Source of the DNA: a virus
Taxonomy: Duplodnaviria > Heunggongvirae > Uroviricota > Caudoviricetes
IMG/VR virus record: IMGVR_UViG_2609459834_000007
DNA: 7,354 nt
Direction: 5' to 3' (one strand)
Shown here: in pieces, positions 1 to 5,952 of the stretch
Layout of the letters: every line of letters starts with the position of its first letter
Position numbering within the stretch: position 1 is the first letter of the stretch
Program-made: the position numbers and the translations under genes
The notes under the pieces: model-generated
Told to the model about the DNA's origin: nothing
The model's database searches: none
The model's input: the letters and a program-made list of their open reading frames with translations, nothing else

Positions 1-236
1 AAAACGATAACCAACTGGCGATGTTATTCACGCTGGCCAACCTGTTTCGGGCGGACCAAATGATACGTCAGTGGGAGAGATCTCACTAAAAACTGGGGAT
101 AACGCCTTAAATGGCGAAGAAACGGTCTAAATAGGCTGATTCAAGGCATTTACGGGAGAAAAAATCGGCTCAAACATGAAGAAATGAAATGACTGAGTCA
201 GCCGAGAAGAATTTCCCCGCTTATTCGCACCTTCCC

Positions 237-296
237 TGGTGCTTTATGCCTGTGAAGTTTATAATTGTGTACACATAACGAGTACACGAGGTGTTT
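237..296 (+). promoter_or_regulatory. phd-doc promoter/operator region: TATAAT -10-like hexamer followed by two Phd-type palindromic sites
   Basis: TATAAT at 260-265; perfect 10-bp palindrome TGTGTACACA at 266-275 and a related GAGTACAC at 280-287, directly upstream of the phd SD (GAGG ~288-291) and ATG at 297. The phd-doc operon is known to be autoregulated by Phd binding adjacent palindromes over the promoter; the -35 is not obvious. Confidence 0.5.
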
Positions 297-518
297 ATGC
301 AATCCATTAACTTCCGTACCGCGCGTGGCAACCTTTCTGAAGTGCTCAACAATGTTGAAGCCGGGGAAGAGGTTGAAATCACCCGCAGAGGCCGTGAGCC
401 AGCAGTAATTGTCAGCAAGGCTACTTTCGAAGCCTACAAAAAAGCGGCGCTGGATGCTGAATTTGCATCCCTGTTTGACACCCTGGACTCCACCAACAAG
501 GAACTGGTTAACCGATAA
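297..518 (+). CDS. phd: Phd antitoxin (prevent-host-death), 73 aa
   Basis: ORF translation [73 protein letters not shown] matches P1 Phd as I recall it. The track's GTG at 291 lies inside the SD, so ATG 297 is preferred. Stop TAA (516-518) overlaps the doc ATG (518-520). Confidence 0.95.
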   Translation: MQSINFRTARGNLSEVLNNVEAGEEVEITRRGREPAVIVSKATFEAYKKAALDAEFASLFDTLDSTNKELVNR

Positions 519-898
519 TGAGGCATATATCACCGGAAGAACTTATTGCGCTTCATGATGCGAATATAAACCGCTACGGCGGCCTGCCAGGCATGTCAGA
601 TCCGGGTAGGGCAGAGGCCATTATCGGGAGAGTTCAGGCCAGAGTTGCCTACGAAGAGATCACCGACCTTTTCGAAGTCTCCGCCACCTACCTGGTGGCT
701 ACGGCGAGAGGGCATATATTCAATGATGCCAATAAGCGTACCGCGCTAAACAGTGCGCTGTTATTTCTACGCCGTAACGGGGTGCAGGTATTTGATTCAC
801 CTGAACTGGCAGACCTTACTGTAGGCGCTGCGACTGGCGAGATATCTGTATCTTCTGTCGCCGACACGTTACGTAGATTGTATGGTTCTGCGGAGTAG
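518..898 (+). CDS. doc: Doc toxin (death on curing; Fic-fold kinase), 126 aa
   Basis: 126-aa [38 protein letters not shown]... matches P1 Doc in sequence and length as I recall it; start overlaps the phd stop (TAATG), the classic toxin-antitoxin coupling. Confidence 0.95.
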   Translation: MRHISPEELIALHDANINRYGGLPGMSDPGRAEAIIGRVQARVAYEEITDLFEVSATYLVATARGHIFNDANKRTALNSALLFLRRNGVQVFDSPELADLTVGAATGEISVSSVADTLRRLYGSAE

Positions 899-902
899 AT
901 TA

Positions 903-1082
903 ATGGCACGCAAATACAACAAATTGTCCCGTGAAGCGTTAAAGATGCTTCTTGATGGCGTGAGTCGCCGCGAGGTAAAGCAATACCTGGTTGGTAAGCA
1001 AATTGGAGCCAGGACTGCTATTGCTGTGTTATGCCGTCAGGAAATGGTTGTGCTTAAACAGAGAATGCCGGGCAGCAGATAA
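903..1082 (+). CDS. small hypothetical protein, 59 aa; by position possibly the post-doc gene PdcA of P1
   Basis: ATG at 903 preceded by GGAG (892-895) with a 7-nt spacer, 4 nt after the doc stop. The track ORF 882..1082 is the same frame starting inside doc; the SD-supported 903 start is preferred. Basic protein, no domain recognised; synteny with the P1 order doc-pdcA-pdcB-lpa is from memory. Confidence 0.55.
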   Translation: MARKYNKLSREALKMLLDGVSRREVKQYLVGKQIGARTAIAVLCRQEMVVLKQRMPGSR

Positions 1083-1109
1083 AGCCCAATCAGTGATGAA
1101 AGGTGTGAT

Positions 1110-2153
1110 GTGAAAGCCGTAATTACTCCCTTTGTACAAAAAGAGCTTGGCGTCGCCACATTCAAAGTGGATCAGGAAGTCAGAAAGCTGGTGGAGGCTG
1201 GCCGTAAATTTATTATGGAGCCGGTGCCGCGTGAGTTAATCGAGCACATGGACGACGGCCTCGTTGTTTCCGAGCAAACTATGGCAACAAATGAGGCGTT
1301 GCAGCCGTTTTTTAACAGCGATGAACTGTTTCGCCGTATTGGTGGAATTGACGCGCTGGTGGCGTGGTTGCGCAGGAAAGAGGGGCAATGCCAGGCCGCA
1401 GATCGTAGCTGCTGTGACAACCATATTGTCCACGCAGAACGAGACAATAGCGCGGTGTTGTTGTGCTGGCATCACGATAACCATTACCGGATGCGTGGTT
1501 TTAATGAGCTGAAAGAAACGCTGCATAATAATCGCGTTAACTGGATACTGGATGTCGCCCGTCAGGAAATGGGGCTTTCAGATGGCCATGATTTAAGTAT
1601 TCAGGAACTGTGCTGGTGGGCTTTCATGCGCAACATGATGCACCTGATGCCGGAAGAAGTTTGCCGTATATCAATAAATAAGATGAAAGCCGCAACGCAG
1701 GATAGCGGACCTCTGAAAGAGGCGGATATTCGCCCGTATGACGATCGCGCTACAGCATATGTTCAGATGATGGAAGAACGCGCCGCGCCGATGCGTGCAA
1801 AAGTATGCCCTGTGGATGTTGACTCCGACCCTGGCATGGCGCATTTCAAAATACCAAAACTGCAATCGCTAAAATTACCTGAGTACATGGACTTTGTTGC
1901 TTCCCGTCCATGCTGTGGGTGTGGAGCGGCGGGAGCTGGCGCTCACATTACGCCTTATATCGTTCGTCATAGTCGATTATGCGCGCATGACATTTACGCA
2001 ATTCCTCTGTGCCAGTCATGCCAGCGTGATATTGAGCGTGACCGCGATAATTGGGAGAAGACGCACGGTAGGCTGGCGATGCATCAACGATTGTTCTTTG
2101 ATTACGCGCTTGGAGTCGGCGCTATCACAAGTCACTCGTCGAGCGTTAGATAA
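1110..2153 (+). CDS. hypothetical Cys/His-rich protein, 347 aa; by position possibly PdcB of P1
   Basis: Long ORF with GTG start at 1110 preceded by AAAGG (1099-1103). Contains two Cys/His clusters (CCDNHIVH...LLCWHHDNH and [37 protein letters not shown]) resembling degenerate HNH / zinc-finger motifs. Function unknown. Confidence 0.75.
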   Translation: MKAVITPFVQKELGVATFKVDQEVRKLVEAGRKFIMEPVPRELIEHMDDGLVVSEQTMATNEALQPFFNSDELFRRIGGIDALVAWLRRKEGQCQAADRSCCDNHIVHAERDNSAVLLCWHHDNHYRMRGFNELKETLHNNRVNWILDVARQEMGLSDGHDLSIQELCWWAFMRNMMHLMPEEVCRISINKMKAATQDSGPLKEADIRPYDDRATAYVQMMEERAAPMRAKVCPVDVDSDPGMAHFKIPKLQSLKLPEYMDFVASRPCCGCGAAGAGAHITPYIVRHSRLCAHDIYAIPLCQSCQRDIERDRDNWEKTHGRLAMHQRLFFDYALGVGAITSHSSSVR

Positions 2154-2154
2154 A

Positions 2155-2171
2155 ATTGCTCTAATGTATTG
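2155..2171 (+). promoter_or_regulatory. C1 repressor operator-like site upstream of lpa
   Basis: ATTGCTCTAATGTATTG matches the asymmetric 17-bp P1 C1 operator consensus ATTGCTCTAATAAATTT at 14/17, with the 5' 11 bp exact. It lies immediately after the stop of the 347-aa ORF and upstream of lpa, which in P1 is C1-controlled. Confidence 0.6.
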
Positions 2172-2184
2172 CTATTTCTTTAAT
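2156..2184 (+). promoter_or_regulatory. candidate sigma70 promoter for lpa overlapping the C1 operator
   Basis: -35-like TTGCTC (2156-2161), 17-bp spacer, -10-like TTTAAT (2179-2184). Weak match, but the geometry fits an operator-occluded promoter. Confidence 0.3.
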
Positions 2185-2205
2185 CGAGGGTGTTATATTC
2201 CACGT

Positions 2206-2229
2206 TGATTAGTTGACATGGGCTAATCA
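2206..2229 (+). repeat. inverted repeat TGATTAG-N10-CTAATCA in the lpa leader, spacer containing TTGACATGG
   Basis: 7-bp perfect inverted arms (2206-2212 and 2223-2229) about 13 nt upstream of the lpa start codon; could be a protein-binding site or an RNA hairpin in the 5' UTR. Confidence 0.4.
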
Positions 2230-2241
2230 GTAGGTGACAGG

Positions 2242-2694
2242 ATGTTACTTAACTGGCAGGGACGCCACTTCATGGAAATAAATCACTCACGAATAACATC
2301 GTACGAGATTGCGGATTACATGATCCGCACTAAATCTCTTCTATCAGCGAAAGAACTCGCAGCAATTCTTGAAAAGGAATACCCGCATCTGGATGTCGAT
2401 AAGCGCGATGTTTATCTGCGCTTAAAGGCTATCGCTGTGTCTAAGTATTCGTCTGTTTTGATTGATGACAGTACACGCCCACGTAGATTTCAGATCCACT
2501 CTCTGAATCCTGAATTCTTTCGCCGTAGCCGCGCTCCGCGCCGGTTTGATGAAAAACTCCAGAACGAACTCTATATGACGCAGGACGAAAAGGAACGCCG
2601 GGAGCACCAGCCTTGGGTAATGGCGCGTCAACTTTTCAATAAGGTGGCCCGTCAGCACCGTCATTACGGTAATGCCACATCCGCACGTATCTGA
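2242..2694 (+). CDS. lpa: late promoter activator Lpa (P1 gene 10)-like protein, 150 aa
   Basis: ORF of the expected size sitting between a C1 operator and pacA, as in P1. The start is uncertain: ATG 2242 or in-frame ATG 2272 (MEINHSRITSY...), both with weak SDs. Confidence 0.7.
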   Translation: MLLNWQGRHFMEINHSRITSYEIADYMIRTKSLLSAKELAAILEKEYPHLDVDKRDVYLRLKAIAVSKYSSVLIDDSTRPRRFQIHSLNPEFFRRSRAPRRFDEKLQNELYMTQDEKERREHQPWVMARQLFNKVARQHRHYGNATSARI

Positions 2695-2704
2695 TTGATT
2701 GCTT

Positions 2705-2723
2705 GCCCGTTCCGGGCCTTTTG
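2705..2723 (+). terminator. possible weak intrinsic terminator after lpa
   Basis: GC stem GCCCG/CGGGC (2705-2709 / 2713-2717) with loop TTC, followed by CTTTTG. The stem is short, so at most a partial terminator. Confidence 0.3.
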
Positions 2724-2779
2724 ACATGTGACTTTCGTTACCCTCGCGTCAAAAAGAGTTTTTACGAAAGGAAGCATAA

Positions 2780-3973
2780 GTGACCTGGGACGATCACAAG
2801 AAGAATTTTGCTCGCCTGGCGCGAGATGGTGGTTACACCATCGCACAGTATGCCGCCGAGTTTAATCTTAACCCTAATACTGCACGTCGTTATCTCCGTG
2901 CCTTCAAAGAAGACACCAGGACAGCGGACAGCCGCAAGCCAAATAAGCCAGTCAGGAAGCCACTAAAAAGCATGATCATTGATCACTCTAATGATCAACA
3001 TGCAGGTGATCACATTGCGGCTGAAATAGCGGAAAAACAAAGGGTTAATGCCGTTGTCAGTGCCGCAGTCGAGAATGCGAAGCGCCAAAATAAGCGCATA
3101 AATGATCGTTCTGATGATCATGACGTGATCACCCGCGCCCACCGGACCTTACGTGATCGCCTGGAACGCGACACCCTGGATGATGATGGTGAACGCTTTG
3201 AATTCGAAGCTGGCGATTACCTGATAGATAACGTTGAAGCGCGGAAGGCCGCGCGCGCTATGTTGCGTCGGTCCGGGGCCGATGTTCTGGAAACCACTCT
3301 TCTTGAAAAGTCTCTTTCTCATCTCCTTATGCTGGAGAACGCCAGGGATACGTGTATTCGCCTGGTGCAGGAAATGCGCGATCAGCAAAAAGACGATGAT
3401 GAAGGTACTCCGCCTGAATACCGTATCGCGAGCATGCTAAACAGCTGTTCCGCGCAGATAAGCAGCCTGATCAACACCATTTACAGCATCCGGAATAACT
3501 ATCGAAAAGAAAGCCTGGAGGCGGAAAAGCACGCTTTGTCTATGGGGCAAGCTGGCATTGTTAAGCTGGCATACGAACGAAAGCGTGAAAATAACTGGTC
3601 AGTGCTGGAAGCAGCTGAATTCATCGAGGCGCATGGCGGGAAAGTGCCGCCCCTGATGCTGGAGCAAATCAAAGCCGATCTGCGTGCTCTTAAGACCAAT
3701 ACCGATGATGAGGAAAGGCAAACAGCCGTTGGTGGCCCTTCTCTTGAAGATCTGGACAAAGTTGCGCGAGAACGGGCCGCCAACCGCCGCGCCGATGCCG
3801 CATTGTGGATTGAGCAGCGTAGGGAAGAAATCGCCGATATCGTTGATACAGGCGGTTATGGAGATGTTGATACTGAAGGTGTATCAAACGACCCATGGCT
3901 GGAACAAGACCTGGACGAAGACGAGGAGGAAGACGAAGAAGTTACCCGCAAGCTATACGGGGATGATGATTAA
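2780..3973 (+). CDS. pacA: terminase small / pac-recognition subunit PacA, 397 aa
   Basis: GTG start at 2780 with SD AAGGAAG (2768-2774). N-terminal HTH-like region [39 protein letters not shown], acidic C-terminal tail, 397 aa as for P1 PacA. Contains the pac hexamer repeats. Stop TAA overlaps the pacB ATG (TAATG at 3971-3975). Confidence 0.95.
   Translation: MTWDDHKKNFARLARDGGYTIAQYAAEFNLNPNTARRYLRAFKEDTRTADSRKPNKPVRKPLKSMIIDHSNDQHAGDHIAAEIAEKQRVNAVVSAAVENAKRQNKRINDRSDDHDVITRAHRTLRDRLERDTLDDDGERFEFEAGDYLIDNVEARKAARAMLRRSGADVLETTLLEKSLSHLLMLENARDTCIRLVQEMRDQQKDDDEGTPPEYRIASMLNSCSAQISSLINTIYSIRNNYRKESLEAEKHALSMGQAGIVKLAYERKRENNWSVLEAAEFIEAHGGKVPPLMLEQIKADLRALKTNTDDEERQTAVGGPSLEDLDKVARERAANRRADAALWIEQRREEIADIVDTGGYGDVDTEGVSNDPWLEQDLDEDEEEDEEVTRKLYGDDD
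2973..3131 (+). other. pac packaging site: 4 + 3 TGATCA/G hexamer repeats (each with a Dam GATC) flanking the cleavage region
   Basis: TGATCA at 2973, 2980, 2992, 3007; then TGATCG at 3103 and TGATCA at 3115, 3126. This matches the known ~160-bp P1 pac architecture of four and three hexanucleotide elements flanking the cut sites inside pacA. Confidence 0.85.
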
Positions 3974-4827
3974 TGGCCAGAAGTTGCGTAACGGATCCAC
4001 GTTGGCGCGAGCTGGTGGCGCTATATCGTTATGACTGGATTGCGGCCGCTGATGTTTTGTTCGGCAAAACACCTACCTGGCAGCAGGATCTGATTATTGA
4101 GTCTGTGCAGGAACAGGGTAGCAAGACATCTGTTTCGTCTGGTCACGGTACCGGGAAATCAGACATGACTTCTATCATGATCATGTTGTTCATAATCATG
4201 TATCCCGGTGCCCGAGCCATTATCGTTGCGAACAAAATTCAGCAGGTAATGACCGGTATATTCAAGTACATCAAGATAAACTGGGCTACTGCCACCAGCC
4301 GTTTCCCATGGCTTGCTGATTATTTTGTTCTGACAGAAACCGCTTTCTATGAGGTTACTGGTAAAGGTGTATGGACTGTAGTACCGAAGGGCTTTCGTCT
4401 GGGAAGTGAAGAAGCTCTCGCCGGTGAACACGCAGATCATCTTCTGTATATTATCGATGAAGCCTCCGGTGTCAGTGATAGAGCTTTCGGTATCATCACC
4501 GGTGCTCTTACCGGACAGGATAACCGCATCTTATTACTGTCACAGCCTACACGCCCAAGCCAACGTCTAAGGAGGCTGCCAATATGGCTACTATCCCTAC
4601 CCCAACTCATCCTGAATTTATCTGCCGCTTTTACTCCTGCCAAAAACGTCACTATCACTTCGTTATTGCACCAACAGAAGATGAGGCCCGCTCTCAGCTT
4701 CCTGACGCCCCATGTATTTTCTCTGCCCGTTTTTCCACTGATTCACGCAATTCTCTCAGTTACTGGTGCCTCCCTGTTAACGCTTCTGCTCAGGAGGGAC
4801 TATGAGAACGTCATTAGTCACCCGTGA
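3973..4827 (+). CDS. pacB: terminase large subunit PacB-like ORF; only the N-terminal ATPase part (to ~nt 4560) looks terminase-like, the nuclease domain is absent (probable truncation or disruption)
   Basis: Walker [10 protein letters not shown], Walker [12 protein letters not shown] and motif [10 protein letters not shown] are present. After ...SQPTRPS (~4560) the frame reads low-complexity Leu/Pro/Ser-rich sequence to the stop at 4827 and overlaps SD-supported genes in other frames. A ~195-aa protein is too short for a functional large terminase (P1 PacB is ~490 aa from memory). Confidence 0.6.
   Translation: MARSCVTDPRWRELVALYRYDWIAAADVLFGKTPTWQQDLIIESVQEQGSKTSVSSGHGTGKSDMTSIMIMLFIIMYPGARAIIVANKIQQVMTGIFKYIKINWATATSRFPWLADYFVLTETAFYEVTGKGVWTVVPKGFRLGSEEALAGEHADHLLYIIDEASGVSDRAFGIITGALTGQDNRILLLSQPTRPSQRLRRLPIWLLSLPQLILNLSAAFTPAKNVTITSLLHQQKMRPALSFLTPHVFSLPVFPLIHAILSVTGASLLTLLLRRDYENVISHP
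4584..4805 (+). CDS. icd: small ORF (73 aa) translationally coupled to the downstream antirepressor gene; architecture resembles P1 immI icd
   Basis: Strong SD TAAGGAGG (4568-4575) 8 nt before ATG 4584; stop TGA overlaps the next ATG (ATGA at 4802-4805). Protein has Cys/His residues (CRFYSC, HYH). The DNA is pyrimidine-rich and carries anti-SD-like segments, so a leader role cannot be excluded. Identity as icd rests on architecture and size only. Confidence 0.45.
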   Translation: MATIPTPTHPEFICRFYSCQKRHYHFVIAPTEDEARSQLPDAPCIFSARFSTDSRNSLSYWCLPVNASAQEGL

Positions 4828-5920
4828 AGAGATGATCGAGGCAATTGAACAGCACATTGCCTGTATCAGTACCAGGGATATACCAGGCGTTATTGCCAAC
4901 TACTTCATGATCACCAAACAACTTTACCGGAGAAAGGACAAGAACTCGGTTCACCGTATCCTGTTGTCTGATATCCGCGAATACCTGCTCGAACAGGGTC
5001 ATCTGAATTACGCAACCGTCGCAGCCGAAGCACGCAAGGAGGCACACAGAATGAAAGCAACTAACGTTAAATCAGAAAAAATTCATGCACCTTCAGTTCA
5101 GGAATCGGAGCTGGTGGTTGTTCAGAATCAGTCTGATGAAATTCCCGTTCTGGAATGGCAGGGAGCGCGTGTAGTGACAACCGAGACTCTTGCTAGAGGG
5201 TATGGGACAGAAACAATCCGTATTCGCCAAAATCATCATGAGAACAAAGTACGCTTTGTTGAAGGGAAGCACTTTTTCAAAGTTGAAGGAGAATCATTGC
5301 GCGAGTTGAAGCACAGAGTAGCTTTAAACTACTCTGTAAAAATTGCTCGCAATGTTCGCTCACTCACCCTCTGGACAGAACGCGGCGCAGCCCGCCACGC
5401 TAAAATGCTCGAAACCGATCAGGCATGGGCATTCTTTGAAAAACTGGAAGACAGCTACTTCCGACAAAAAGAACAGCAACCGGTCGCAATCCCCCAGACG
5501 ATTCCAGAAGCTCTGCGCCTGGCTGCCGAGTTAGCTGAACAAAAGCAACTTCTGGAACAGAAAGCCCACCAGCTAAATCAGCAGCTGGTGGCCGCCGCTT
5601 CTAAAGTCGATTTTGCCGACCGGGTATCAGTAGCTAAAGGGATCCTGATTGGGAATTTTGCAAAGGTCGTTGGACTTAAACAAAATGCGCTGTTTGCCTG
5701 GTTACGGGAGAACGGCATTCTGATAGCGTCCGGAGGCCGTAAAAATGTACCGTTCCAGCAGTACATCAACGCGGGGTATTTCACGGTGAAAGAAGTGGTG
5801 CTGGATGATGAAGATGGCTACCAGATACGGTTGACGCCTCAATTAACGGGTAAAGGCCAGCAGTGGTTGACGCGTAAACTGCTCGATGCTGGTTTGTTAA
5901 AACCGGTGGCGGCTGAATAA
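4802..5920 (+). CDS. ant1: antirepressor-like protein with ORF6N-type N-terminal domain and KilAC/ANT C-terminal domain, 372 aa (Ant1-like)
   Basis: Strong SD CAGGAGGG (4791-4798) before ATG 4802. Central motif [42 protein letters not shown] fits the ORF6N family; C-terminal ...[46 protein letters not shown] fits the phage antirepressor KilAC domain. Predicted ~42 kDa, matching the reported size of P1 Ant1. Confidence 0.8.
   Translation: MRTSLVTREEMIEAIEQHIACISTRDIPGVIANYFMITKQLYRRKDKNSVHRILLSDIREYLLEQGHLNYATVAAEARKEAHRMKATNVKSEKIHAPSVQESELVVVQNQSDEIPVLEWQGARVVTTETLARGYGTETIRIRQNHHENKVRFVEGKHFFKVEGESLRELKHRVALNYSVKIARNVRSLTLWTERGAARHAKMLETDQAWAFFEKLEDSYFRQKEQQPVAIPQTIPEALRLAAELAEQKQLLEQKAHQLNQQLVAAASKVDFADRVSVAKGILIGNFAKVVGLKQNALFAWLRENGILIASGGRKNVPFQQYINAGYFTVKEVVLDDEDGYQIRLTPQLTGKGQQWLTRKLLDAGLLKPVAAE
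5051..5920 (+). CDS. ant2: possible shorter in-frame isoform (Ant2-like, 289 aa) from an internal start
   Basis: In-frame ATG at 5051 (Met84 of the long ORF) preceded by a consensus SD AAGGAGG (5036-5042) with an 8-nt spacer. Predicted ~32 kDa, matching the Ant1/Ant2 pair (42 and 32 kDa) reported for P1 immI. Confidence 0.45.
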   Translation: MKATNVKSEKIHAPSVQESELVVVQNQSDEIPVLEWQGARVVTTETLARGYGTETIRIRQNHHENKVRFVEGKHFFKVEGESLRELKHRVALNYSVKIARNVRSLTLWTERGAARHAKMLETDQAWAFFEKLEDSYFRQKEQQPVAIPQTIPEALRLAAELAEQKQLLEQKAHQLNQQLVAAASKVDFADRVSVAKGILIGNFAKVVGLKQNALFAWLRENGILIASGGRKNVPFQQYINAGYFTVKEVVLDDEDGYQIRLTPQLTGKGQQWLTRKLLDAGLLKPVAAE

Positions 5921-5927
5921 TGGAAGA

Positions 5928-5949
5928 ATGCCCGGTTGATGCCGGGCAT
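5928..5949. terminator. bidirectional intrinsic terminator between the convergent antirepressor gene and c1
   Basis: Perfect 8-bp GC-rich stem ATGCCCGG / CCGGGCAT (5928-5935 / 5942-5949) with loop TTGATG, followed by AATTTATT on the + strand and a T-rich stretch on the - strand. It lies 8 nt after the ant stop and 3 nt before the c1 stop. Confidence 0.6.
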
Positions 5950-5952
5950 AAT

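Noticed and set aside
3-89. Possible 3' end of an upstream + strand gene (frame ending at TAA 87-89)
   Set aside because: Only 29 codons are visible and the peptide is not recognisable (it does not resemble a UmuD/HumD C-terminus); not enough to call a feature.
291-299. GTG at 291 as the phd start (track ORF 291..518)
   Set aside because: The GTG sits inside the purine-rich SD; ATG at 297 gives the 73-aa length expected for Phd.
198-533. - strand ORFs 198..533 and 221..418 antisense to phd
   Set aside because: They fully overlap the highly conserved phd gene on the opposite strand and have no SD; typical shadow ORFs.
882-902. ATG at 882 as the start of the post-doc ORF
   Set aside because: It lies inside the doc coding sequence with no SD; ATG 903 has GGAG at the proper spacing just after the doc stop.
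1172-2208. Antisense and alternative-frame ORFs inside the 347-aa gene (1172..1447 -, 1236..1526 -, 1264..1512 +, 1671..1865 -, 1894..2208 +)
   Set aside because: All are embedded in a longer ORF with a good start context; they have odd composition and no RBS.
3013-3102. An IHF site between the two pac hexamer clusters
   Set aside because: P1 pac is reported to include an IHF site, but I could not find a convincing WATCAANNNNTTR match by eye; left uncalled.
2973-3131. TGATCA repeat cluster as a CRISPR array or transposon end
   Set aside because: The repeats are 6 bp with irregular spacing inside a coding region; this is the known pac hexamer pattern, not 25-40-bp CRISPR repeats with unique spacers.
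3149-3896. ORFs inside pacA on either strand (3149..3388 -, 3234..3440 +, 3499..3783 -, 3690..3896 -)
   Set aside because: They overlap the well-supported pacA frame; no independent signals.
4440-4570. c4 antisense RNA gene immediately upstream of the icd-like ORF
   Set aside because: This interval encodes the conserved PacB Walker B / motif III region in frame; the small hairpin at 4466-4502 is best explained as coding sequence, so no c4 candidate could be supported.
4565-4827. Tail of the pacB frame ([15 protein letters not shown]...ISHP) as genuine PacB sequence
   Set aside because: Low-complexity composition unlike a terminase domain, and it overlaps two SD-supported ORFs; more likely read-through into inserted sequence. 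It is kept inside the reported ORF boundary because the stop codon is at 4827.
4159-5784. - strand ORFs antisense to pacB and the antirepressor gene (4159..4440, 4437..4658, 4814..5047, 5578..5784), and + strand ORF 5343..5534
   Set aside because: They overlap better-supported genes and have no RBS.
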